Shown: positions 14,853 to 23,220, counted from the stretch's first letter. The stretch is 32,000 nt of DNA from Telmatocola sphagniphila (GCF_018398935.1 NZ_CP074694.1:1050001-1082000); one strand, 5' to 3'. The notes: generated by a model from the letters alone, not told the origin. Numbers and translations: made by a program.

Positions 14853-17800
14853 TACAGGTTTCCCTCGAGCGTCGCATAGCACCCGCCAGAATCAAGAGGA
14901 TAACCACTCCGCCGACACTGAGTCTCAACCAACTCGGGTTAACGCTTACAGGAGCCGCATTCGTTTCAGCCATTTCATTACCGCTCACGCTGGCATTATT
15001 TTCCGAAGGGGCTGCGCTGGCGCCGGCGACATCATTTGGAGGCTGGGTCGATTTCGCGATAGCCGTCTGGTAAGCCGTTTTGATAGGGGCTTCATTCGGA
15101 GCATTCAGAAGGGTGCTGACCTCGGTTTGCAATTTCAGATTACCTCCGGTAGCCAGTCCGGCACTATCGCCATGTTTAGCTACGCTTTGAGCATATTCCA
15201 GAGCGAGTTCATGTCGGGTAGCCTCGTCCGCTTTCCAATCCCCTTTCCGGGCGGCTTCCAGCAGCGTGGCCAGAATTTCCTGCCGAGCGAAAGGATTCTC
15301 TTTATCCATCCAGTCCTTCAAATGAAGCCCATGTTTGTCTTTGGCATAAACAGCATGAATTTCTTTCCAAAGTTCTTGCGACACGGCTCCTTTACGGGTG
15401 GCTTCCCAACCGGAGGTATTTCGAACCACCTCCACCATCATCCCAGCGCCGGAGTAGCCGTTTTCCATCATACCCTTGATCCATTTAGGATTGAGCATAG
15501 TGACGTACGCTTCCGTGGTCAGCACTTCATCGAAGTCGCGGACTTTGGGATTGCCACGAACATCATTAAAGAGAAGTTTGGGTTGTTTACCCGTGGTGGA
15601 TTCGATCGCCAGACTCAATCCTCCGGCGTACTCGTACACATGGTGGTTGGTCAACGGTCCTGTCATATTCGAAGTCCAGGTGCGTAGTATGAGTTCCGTT
15701 CCTTTCATGGCGTCATCGTACAGACCGGGAACACTTTCGCCCCAGGCATCGCCAGTGAAGGCGTAGGACATGTTCTGTTTATAAATCTCAGCGATTTCCT
15801 TGCGATCGTCCCAGGCGCCGGTCTTGGGAACCAGATAGAGAATATTCGTCCCATGAGATCCCGGTTTGGCTCCGAACAAGCGGGCGGGAGCATAAAGTTT
15901 CACTTTATCGGGAGCGATACCTCGTTTGGTTAACTCGGCGGCCTTTTCCTGAGTGCCCGTTCGAACAAAATTGTCCGGTTCGTTTAGTTCAGATACTAAA
16001 CGAATCGCCTTATCGATCAGTTTTACTCGGGAGGTGAAGGTGTCTCGCATGCTGCCGCCGAGTGCCAGGAAGACATCGATGCGCGGGCGCTTGAGTTCAT
16101 CCCTCGGGATGATTTCGACATTCACTGCGAGATTGTTGTGATCCCAGACAGGCCGAACTCCCATCAGAAATAAAGCTTGCGATTCGGTGACGCCGTAATC
16201 GCGAATGGTTTCATGGCCGTTGAGATCGAGAGCGACCTTGCGAAGGTTGGGACGGTCTTTCAATAATTGTTCGACAAGTTGAACGCCGACTTCCCAGGCC
16301 TGTTTCGTCGGCAATTCCTCGGGGTTCAGGGCGTAGAGGTTGCGACCGGTCGGGATCGCGCTCGGATTACGGACTGGATCGGATCCGGGACCTGGGGAAA
16401 CGAACGTTCCTTCGAGTGCTCTCAGGATGTTTTCGACTTCTTTGCCGCTCTGCTTGAATTGTTCTCGGAACTCAACGACTCGCCGCAACGTTTCGACAAT
16501 TCGCTTGGGATCGCCGGGGGGAATTTTGGCTCCAGCTAATTTCAATACATCTTCGGGGGCGTATCCATCGGCGACGATCGACTTAACCATCGCTTCCAAT
16601 TGGGGTCGAACCCATAGGGGGATATGTTCTGGTTCTTTTGCGACCTCGGCAGGCACGGGCAGTACCTTCCCCAGATCGTCCAGGTACTGCTGTCCCAGCA
16701 TGCTGGTCAGAAACGGAATCAGATGTTTGGCTTCTGGCTCCTGGCCGAGCGTGTGCAATTTCACAGCAGTAACCGAAAGTTCTATCTGATGCAATTGAAA
16801 GGCAATCTGTTCGATTTCTTTGTCGGAGAGTTCCCCCGATTGACGCGAGAACGCCGCTTTGCGGGACGCCTCGGAAATGGTCTTTCGATACTTCTGCTTC
16901 AAAAGCCCTTCTTCCAATGCGGCGAATTTATCGATATCGTTGTGGAGATTTTGTAATTCCGGTGTCAGCCCCGTGGATTCCAGAGGCGGGGTCAGATGAT
17001 CGACCGTGACGGCGTAGGCCCGTCGTTTGGCCATGATAGCCTCGGCGATATTATCGATGATCCAGGGGTATATATTGGGCAGGTTACCGAGACAGATGTC
17101 GCTGAAACTATCACCGGAGAGGCCATTAGCTTTACCTGGCAACAACAGTTCAGTGCCGTGCGTTCCAAAGTGCATCACGGCGTCGGCCTTAAATTCTTTC
17201 TGAAGCCACCAGTAGCAGGCGAGGTATTGGTGCGGTGGAGGGACATCCTTGGCGTGCAGTAATTTTTCATCGTTCTCCGGGCCACGAGCGGGCTGTGGCA
17301 GAAGAATCACGTTGCCTAAATCGATGCGCGGAAGCACGATCGATTTCCGGTCAGCGGTTGTCATTTGAGCGCCGGGTGCCGGTCCATAGGCCTTGGTGAC
17401 TACACCCTGATTTGCATTACTCAGCGTGGCAAACCATTTGGAATATTCTGTAACTGGCCAGAGTACCGGTTTGCCGACTCGAATCAACTCGGCTAGATCT
17501 CCTCCGGCCCAGGTTCCGACATTGTGGCCATCTCGTTTCATCCATTCCAGAAGCTCCAGGGTGTCTTTGGGAAATTTCGTGAAAGTATAGCCGCGAGCTT
17601 TCATGGCCTTTAGAACGCGGAAAAGACTTTCCGGTCCGTCCAGGAACGCGCCGGTGGCGCTACCGCGACCGACATCGGATTTGCCGAGATATTTGTTGTA
17701 ATAGATGATGGCGATTTTCTTTTCGGCATTCGGCTTCTTCCGAAGATTCAACCAGGACATAACACGCCCGGTTAACCGCTCCACACGATCGGGAATGGGT

Positions 17801-18798
17801 TCGTGTAATTTGAAACCGCCGACGTTCGCCTTCATAGCTCCGGTAACTACCGGATCGATAATTCCGTGCACTTCCTGAGTGAGAAAATGCAGGCCCACAT
17901 CAGCCGGTAGCATTCCCTGAATTGAGGAATCCCATTCGGCCACGGTCGAGCGAAGCAACATCACATTCTTGATTATCGGGATGTCGAGTTGTTCCGCTCC
18001 GGTTTTTAAAGCAGTCGACGCGTGGTGATCGTCGATGATAAGGTCCGGTTTCCAGGCCTCCAGCAATTCTTGTTGTTTTCCGGTAGAGGATCCGCCGAAG
18101 AGCACAGCCACGTTTACTCCCCGTTTCTCGAGACTATTCACCAGGGCTTCGTAGACTTTCGTGTCGCCGGTCATCAGGAAGCCTTGTTGAACCAGAAGTG
18201 CCACCCGAGGATTGCCGAGTTGGAAGTGCGACGATTTCCCGGCCCATTGGAGGTAAGCCGGTACATCGGAGAAAAGATCGGAAGCGGCCGGGTGGTAGAC
18301 TCCGAAATCGGGCACGATCACGGGAGGAAGAATCTCATCTTTGCCTTTCAGGTATTTGTTGCGGACGTAAGCCAGGAGCCTTTTAGTATTTTCAAGTCCG
18401 TTATATTTCCAGTACTTATAGATTTCCGGATCCTTATGCAGCAGACCGGCTTGTTCAAAACTCTTCTGCGTATCGCGCTGTGACAGAGAGAGTACAATAA
18501 GCCCCGGTCTGTTCTTCTTGGCTTCGGTAACCCGTTCCTTCAATTTCGCGGCCCCATCCGGCTTGAGGTTCAGCAGAAAAATAACGTCGGTCGTGGAAAG
18601 CTGATTGGTTGTCACCTGATCCGTATCTTCCGTAGTAACGAATTTCGCATTCATCCCTAAACTGGTGGCGGCCCGATCAAACATCGTTTCGCCGTAATCC
18701 CAACCGCCAATCACCAACAGGTTTTCACCGGCATAGACCGCGCTTGAGGAAAGGAGTAAACTGGTGAGCAGGGGCAGAAAGGAGAGTATAGATTTCAC
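14845..18798 (-). CDS. cobN: CobN/ChlH-family (class I chelatase large subunit) homologue with N-terminal signal peptide and C-terminal membrane anchor
   Basis: The product is 1317 aa. It carries the conserved CobN/Mg-chelatase signature VMHFGTHGTELLLPGK and is collinear with the family throughout. The N-terminus MKSILSFLPLLTSLLLSSSAVYA|GE looks like a Sec signal peptide. The C-terminus has a low-complexity linker, then SWLRLSVGGVVILLILAGAM, then RRSRETCNG. Confidence 0.92.
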   Translation of the reverse strand: MKSILSFLPLLTSLLLSSSAVYAGENLLVIGGWDYGETMFDRAATSLGMNAKFVTTEDTDQVTTNQLSTTDVIFLLNLKPDGAAKLKERVTEAKKNRPGLIVLSLSQRDTQKSFEQAGLLHKDPEIYKYWKYNGLENTKRLLAYVRNKYLKGKDEILPPVIVPDFGVYHPAASDLFSDVPAYLQWAGKSSHFQLGNPRVALLVQQGFLMTGDTKVYEALVNSLEKRGVNVAVLFGGSSTGKQQELLEAWKPDLIIDDHHASTALKTGAEQLDIPIIKNVMLLRSTVAEWDSSIQGMLPADVGLHFLTQEVHGIIDPVVTGAMKANVGGFKLHEPIPDRVERLTGRVMSWLNLRKKPNAEKKIAIIYYNKYLGKSDVGRGSATGAFLDGPESLFRVLKAMKARGYTFTKFPKDTLELLEWMKRDGHNVGTWAGGDLAELIRVGKPVLWPVTEYSKWFATLSNANQGVVTKAYGPAPGAQMTTADRKSIVLPRIDLGNVILLPQPARGPENDEKLLHAKDVPPPHQYLACYWWLQKEFKADAVMHFGTHGTELLLPGKANGLSGDSFSDICLGNLPNIYPWIIDNIAEAIMAKRRAYAVTVDHLTPPLESTGLTPELQNLHNDIDKFAALEEGLLKQKYRKTISEASRKAAFSRQSGELSDKEIEQIAFQLHQIELSVTAVKLHTLGQEPEAKHLIPFLTSMLGQQYLDDLGKVLPVPAEVAKEPEHIPLWVRPQLEAMVKSIVADGYAPEDVLKLAGAKIPPGDPKRIVETLRRVVEFREQFKQSGKEVENILRALEGTFVSPGPGSDPVRNPSAIPTGRNLYALNPEELPTKQAWEVGVQLVEQLLKDRPNLRKVALDLNGHETIRDYGVTESQALFLMGVRPVWDHNNLAVNVEIIPRDELKRPRIDVFLALGGSMRDTFTSRVKLIDKAIRLVSELNEPDNFVRTGTQEKAAELTKRGIAPDKVKLYAPARLFGAKPGSHGTNILYLVPKTGAWDDRKEIAEIYKQNMSYAFTGDAWGESVPGLYDDAMKGTELILRTWTSNMTGPLTNHHVYEYAGGLSLAIESTTGKQPKLLFNDVRGNPKVRDFDEVLTTEAYVTMLNPKWIKGMMENGYSGAGMMVEVVRNTSGWEATRKGAVSQELWKEIHAVYAKDKHGLHLKDWMDKENPFARQEILATLLEAARKGDWKADEATRHELALEYAQSVAKHGDSAGLATGGNLKLQTEVSTLLNAPNEAPIKTAYQTAIAKSTQPPNDVAGASAAPSENNASVSGNEMAETNAAPVSVNPSWLRLSVGGVVILLILAGAMRRSRETCNG

Positions 18799-18827
18799 GT
18801 CCGGCGATCCAAGTTACGAGGATGAAA

Positions 18828-19265
18828 CTACTTTAAATCGAAATCGATGGCAATGTTCTGAGGAGCTACTGGGACGCGAAGTTTGGAGGAACGGTTGGAA
18901 TAGACCCCTTTGAGGTTGTCTGGCAGTGAGCCAGATTCGTCCATTGCAAGTCCCGGCTTCGGCCAACTGATTGTGACGATAAATTCACCAGCGGGCGAAC
19001 CATCCTTCGGCGCATAACTGGTAAGTTGGTAGATTCCATTTTCATCCGCAATTCCTCCCGCCACAACCTCCGGTTTGGGATTGTCCCGAGGCAAAAAGCT
19101 GATCCTGGCATTTTGCATCACCGTCCCCTTGTATGTCCGCTTTCCTTCCACGGGATAGACGGGGGGATGATTTGGCCCTCCCGAACAGCCTAGGATCAGG
19201 AGGGGCAAACCCGAAAGAAACAACCCCCGAATTTCGCCAGCCATAAGTTTCACAGAACTTCTCAC
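18828..19265 (-). CDS. Small lipoprotein with carboxypeptidase-regulatory-like (transthyretin-like) beta-sandwich pattern
   Basis: The lipobox is LLILG-C. The pattern VEGKRTYKGTVMQNARISFLP...GGIADENGIYQLTS....GSPAGEFIVTISW matches the G.V...G.P...A.V.F....G.TDE.G.Y.L......G.Y.V motif of CarboxypepD_reg-like domains. The ORF-track start at 19265 is GTG; ATG at 19244 is the alternative. Confidence 0.7.
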   Translation of the reverse strand: MRSSVKLMAGEIRGLFLSGLPLLILGCSGGPNHPPVYPVEGKRTYKGTVMQNARISFLPRDNPKPEVVAGGIADENGIYQLTSYAPKDGSPAGEFIVTISWPKPGLAMDESGSLPDNLKGVYSNRSSKLRVPVAPQNIAIDFDLK

Positions 19266-19302
19266 GTTGAGAATCAGGCAGGAGGTCGATCCGTCTCGAA
19301 TG

Positions 19303-20412
19303 TTAATCCAAAGGGCCGGGAATATCGCCGTAGCGAGCGGTTAATAATGCGGCCATGGTAGAAAGCGAGATATTTTTCGTGAGAAATCGCACCGATCCAT
19401 CTCCTAGACAGACTTGAGCTCCCCCCGTATGGAAGCTATACATCCCCCGGAAATTGCTGCAGTTGATTACGCAAGCGTCTCCGAGAGAGGAAGGAAAAGT
19501 TGATGCGTTCCACTGTTTCATTCCATCAGAACTGAAGATTCCCGCGCCGAAATTGTTGTTCTGAGCCCAGGCGCCAAACCCGTACGAAAGAGCGATATCG
19601 TTTGTAGGGTCATTCAGGCTGGCGCTGATGGCATAGGAGGGGAAGTTCGCAAAGCTGAGTTTGTTGCCACCGGCCACATACATCCAGGGCCGACCCCCCA
19701 TTTCGGAAAAAAGGATCGTGTTAGAGAGACCATCGGTTGCACCGATTAGTGTGTAACGCTTGGGTTGGGAGGTTGCGGAATAGGATTGCTGAGGTCCTAG
19801 AATGCCACTCAAATCCGAGCTACCGGCTAGCGGTGTCGAACTGTCGAAGTGATTGAGAATGGCGAAGTAGGTGGCACTAGCACCCGATAGTGCATAATAG
19901 TCGACGCGGGCCGCGGTGAATTGCCAGCCACCGCCGACAGGGTTGTTGGTATCCGAGAATGAGGAGCTCGGGCAAATGGCCGTGAAAACGTCGGATGTCG
20001 GGTTGGAAGGGCATTCCGCTACGGGTAAACGCGTTGTGATTACGCTGTTAAGGGCCTGATGGTGCCAGGCATAGTTGTAGAGCGTACCACCTTGCGCGGT
20101 GCATGTAGCCGAATACTGACTGAATAGATTGCCTTGTTCAATGAATGGAAGGAGAGGGGTCGTCCAGCTCAGCTCATTCGACGAGCCGTAAAGTGTGGGC
20201 AGGTAACCGAAGGTGAGTTCATAGTTGTGGCAGGCCAAACCAAACTGCCGCATGTTACTCTGACATTTCATGCGAGCGGCGGACTCCCGAACTTTTTGCA
20301 CCGCCGGGAGAAGTAGACCGATCAAAATGGCAATAATCGCGATCACTACCAGCAATTCGATGAGGGTAAAAGCCGCCGGTGGTACTCGTCGCTTATTTCT
20401 GGAAATCATCAA
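19303..20412 (-). CDS. DUF1559 protein with prepilin-type N-terminal cleavage/methylation domain and C-terminal H-X9-DG motif
   Basis: The N-terminus is ...[44 protein letters not shown], which is a type IV pilin-like leader plus the DUF1559 start. The C-terminus [18 protein letters not shown] has H, nine residues, then DG. This family is greatly expanded in Planctomycetota. Confidence 0.92.
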   Translation of the reverse strand: MMISRNKRRVPPAAFTLIELLVVIAIIAILIGLLLPAVQKVRESAARMKCQSNMRQFGLACHNYELTFGYLPTLYGSSNELSWTTPLLPFIEQGNLFSQYSATCTAQGGTLYNYAWHHQALNSVITTRLPVAECPSNPTSDVFTAICPSSSFSDTNNPVGGGWQFTAARVDYYALSGASATYFAILNHFDSSTPLAGSSDLSGILGPQQSYSATSQPKRYTLIGATDGLSNTILFSEMGGRPWMYVAGGNKLSFANFPSYAISASLNDPTNDIALSYGFGAWAQNNNFGAGIFSSDGMKQWNASTFPSSLGDACVINCSNFRGMYSFHTGGAQVCLGDGSVRFLTKNISLSTMAALLTARYGDIPGPLD

Positions 20413-20447
20413 TTACATCCTGAGATATAAAGAGTGAATGCTTATTA

Positions 20448-20467
20448 TGTAGTTAAAAATAACTACA
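20448..20467. promoter_or_regulatory. Perfect 8-bp inverted repeat upstream of the DUF1559/CobN-like cluster (candidate operator)
   Basis: TGTAGTTA-AAAA-TAACTACA lies 36 nt upstream of the DUF1559 start codon, inside a 415-bp AT-rich divergent intergenic region. Confidence 0.25.
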
Positions 20468-20827
20468 AAAATTCGGGATGGTCAGTAGGAGTATTATTCT
20501 TGCAGAGGAGAATTCATCTGGTTGTCATTGGTTATTCCCATTTCTAAAGTTATCCCTATCTAAAAATCGCATCAGAATTGCAGATTGAGCGCTTAAATGA
20601 AATTTTTTTGAAAATAAGTCGAAAACTTCGACAGCCGGAGCTTGTTCTCTCTGTTTTTAAGAGACTTTCCGGAGAGTAGTTCGTCCCGCAACCGATGCCT
20701 CCGAAGTCACGTTCGCGAGCTGGAACGGTTCAAAAATCGCAGTGAATCAACACATTGACAGTTCATAAGATGTCATTGCGTTGACATACGCCACAGAGAT
20801 TTTTTTTGGTCCGGAGTTTCGAATATT

Positions 20828-21742
20828 ATGAAACAGATCGTTGCTGCCTTAGTGCTAGTTTTCACCTCTACCGGGGTGCGGGCTCAGATTGGTGTGATAT
20901 CGCCGATCGAAGCGAACAAGTTAATCGAAAATCCCGATCCAGCCAAACGACCATTGGTGATCGACACCCGAGGAGGCTACAAGGATTATTTCCGCGGACA
21001 TCTTCCGACGGCACATCATCTCAACTTTGATACTCTTCGCGGCACCGATCACGGGGTTCCCGTTCAATATCTGCCGGATGATCTGACCAGGGCGCTTCTG
21101 GTGCGAGCAGGTGTGAATAAAAACCGGATGCACCTGATCTATGCCACGGGAGAAGAACTGCCGAACGATGAGATTCTGAGTGCGAGTATGGTGGCTTATG
21201 TACTGGAGAAATATGGTGTCCGAAACATCCAGATTGTAGATGGCGGACTCCCCGAATGGAAGAAACAGAAGCTACCCGTCACGCAGGAATACTTTGGGAA
21301 TCCCAGTGGGACTTTACCTGAAACAATGAACCTGGGTATAGCCCTAAACATAGACGACGTGCTTTCGCGGAAGGGCAAGAAAGGCGTTGTACTGGTCGAT
21401 GCCCGTCCAAAAAACGAGTATCTCGGAGAGGACGAGATCTGGCTTCGCAAAGGACACATCCCCGGGGCTATCAGTTTCCACTGGGCTCGCCTGATGGAAA
21501 AAGACAATACCCACAAATTCAAACCCTTCGAGCAAACCAAAGCCGCTCTCGAAGCGGCTGGCCTCACGGCTGACAAAGAAATTCTGGTATATTGTGGGAC
21601 TTCGCGCGAAGGTAGTCTTTTGCGATTCTATCTGAAACACGTTGCCAAATATCCCAATGTCCGACTTTATGAAGGTTCCTGGAAAGAGTACGTTTCGCTG
21701 AAGCAATACCCAGCAGAACGAACTGAAAACAAAGCTCAATAA
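20828..21742 (+). CDS. Exported two-domain rhodanese-family sulfurtransferase
   Basis: The signal peptide is MKQIVAALVLVFTSTGVRAQ. The first rhodanese domain is LVIDTRGGYKDYFRGHLPTAHHLNF, and the second is VLVDARPKNEYLGE...KGHIPGAISFHW with the active-site loop VYCGTSREGS. Confidence 0.88.
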   Translation: MKQIVAALVLVFTSTGVRAQIGVISPIEANKLIENPDPAKRPLVIDTRGGYKDYFRGHLPTAHHLNFDTLRGTDHGVPVQYLPDDLTRALLVRAGVNKNRMHLIYATGEELPNDEILSASMVAYVLEKYGVRNIQIVDGGLPEWKKQKLPVTQEYFGNPSGTLPETMNLGIALNIDDVLSRKGKKGVVLVDARPKNEYLGEDEIWLRKGHIPGAISFHWARLMEKDNTHKFKPFEQTKAALEAAGLTADKEILVYCGTSREGSLLRFYLKHVAKYPNVRLYEGSWKEYVSLKQYPAERTENKAQ

Positions 21743-21753
21743 GGGTTATTTTT

Positions 21754-22710
21754 GTGCTGGTAGTTCTGCTGTTTTTTTCGGTCGGATTTGTTGCTTTTAC
21801 CAATGGGGCCAATGCCAATTTCAAGGGAGTGGCCTCACTTTACGGAAGTAATACCACAACTCTCCGACGGGCACTCTATTGGGGAACGGCCACCACCTTT
21901 GCCGGCTCACTGGCGGCCGCTTTTCTGGCCGAGGGCATGCTGAAGAAATTCAGCGGTCGGGGTATAGTTCCCGATACACTTCTCGCTTCCCAGACGTTTC
22001 TAATCTCCGTAGCGCTGGGCGCTGCTCTTACTAGTTTTCTAGCCACGAAGTTAGGCTTCCCGGTTTCTACGACCCATGCTCTAGTAGGGGCGTTGCTGGG
22101 AGCGGGACTGGCGGGTAGCGGTAACGAAGTCAGCTTTCTCGCGGTGGCGCGAAATTTTTTCTATCCGCTCTTTTTCAGTCCCGCTGTAGCCATTGTGTTA
22201 GGGGCAGTTGTTTACCTGCTTCTCAAAACTTTGAGGTTAGCGCCTTCCCAACGGACCCGGACGTTAGATGTACTGCATTATTTGAGTACCGGAGCTGCGA
22301 GTTTTGCCCGAGGGTTGAACGATACCCCGAAAATGGTCGCGTTATTGCTCGCAGTGCCTGGTTTGGTAACGGACTGGGCCTTCATGGCGGTCGCCGTCTG
22401 TATTGCCCTCGGTGGATTACTTGATGCCGATCGTGTTGCTGAAACGCTTGGCAAAAAAGTGACGGATATGGATCCCGGTCAAGGATTCGCCGCAAGTTTG
22501 GTTACTGCCGGGCTGGTCGGCACGGCGAGTTCCCACAGTCTTCCTGTGAGTACCACACATGTCAGCGTTGGCTCCTTGATCGGGATAGGTATTATCAATC
22601 GCCAGGCGAAATGGCGGAAGATCTTCGAGATTCTTTCGGCCTGGCTGACTACCGTACCCTGTGGAGCAGCTTTGAGCGGATTAATCTACTGTCTGGCGAG
22701 TGCCTTTTAA
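21754..22710 (+). CDS. Short PiT-family (PHO4) anion permease
   Basis: A GTG start lies 12 nt after the rhodanese stop. The two-fold repeat signatures are FTNGANANFKGVASLYGS / ARGLNDTPKMVALL and FPVSTTHALVGALLGAG / LPVSTTHVSVGSLIGIG. These match the PiT pattern (compare E. coli PitA GFHDTANAVAT, HGANDGQKGIG and MPVSTTHVLSSSVAG). Confidence 0.85.
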   Translation: MLVVLLFFSVGFVAFTNGANANFKGVASLYGSNTTTLRRALYWGTATTFAGSLAAAFLAEGMLKKFSGRGIVPDTLLASQTFLISVALGAALTSFLATKLGFPVSTTHALVGALLGAGLAGSGNEVSFLAVARNFFYPLFFSPAVAIVLGAVVYLLLKTLRLAPSQRTRTLDVLHYLSTGAASFARGLNDTPKMVALLLAVPGLVTDWAFMAVAVCIALGGLLDADRVAETLGKKVTDMDPGQGFAASLVTAGLVGTASSHSLPVSTTHVSVGSLIGIGIINRQAKWRKIFEILSAWLTTVPCGAALSGLIYCLASAF

Positions 22711-23220
22711 GTCGGAGTGACGGATTCTAGATGGGAAAAATTTGTGGCAGCATGCGGCTGTAAAAACTCATTGATTCATGAACTCTTTGACGCATAAAAA
22801 TGCGACTTAGCAAGCAAGCAATTCAGAGAACGAGAAGACTATACTTGTAGAATTACTCTGCGTCTCTCGAAAGAAAGCGGACTCCCGATTTCTCGAATTC
22901 CTTCCAAATGGGAGACCATCAGTGAAAAATGATCTAATCGGTTAGCTGCTGGTCGTCTTTTTCTCTGAAAGCGGTGGACTGCTTCACGCCCAGGTGATTA
23001 AAGTCAATGCGAGCCAAGTAGTCGGGAAGGTTTCTCCCCACCTGTTGGGTGCTTGCATCGAGGATGTGAACCACGAAATTTGTGGTGGCTTATGCCGCCG
23101 GTTATTCCGCGCAGGAAAAATTGGAGTTCCGTCTGGAAAGAAGGAGAAATGAGTTTCGCGTTTACTGCCAATTCCTTTACGATCATTCGCCGTCGGCAAT
23201 AATATTTTTATGGCGAGGAA

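Noticed and set aside
14344-15687. 447-aa plus-strand ORF (and other plus-strand ORFs between 14834 and 18483)
   Set aside because: They are antisense to the MotA/ExbB-like and CobN-like genes. Their products are Ser/Arg/Gly-rich, consistent with shadow ORFs.
20413-20827. Cobalamin riboswitch or Fur box upstream of the CobN-like cluster
   Set aside because: No B12-box-like core and no Fur-box-like 19-mer were seen on either strand. This is a negative by eye only, and an Rfam/Infernal scan would be decisive.
22711-23220. ORFs 22984..23199, 23004..23186 (minus strand) and 23082..23369 (plus strand) in the PiT/DUF1501 intergenic region, including a ~45-aa frame reading ...NLPDYLARIDFNHLGVKQSTAFREKDDQQL
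   Set aside because: They have no credible start codons and no family motifs I can name, and one overlaps the DUF1501 3' end. One could be a gene fragment, but this is unsupported.
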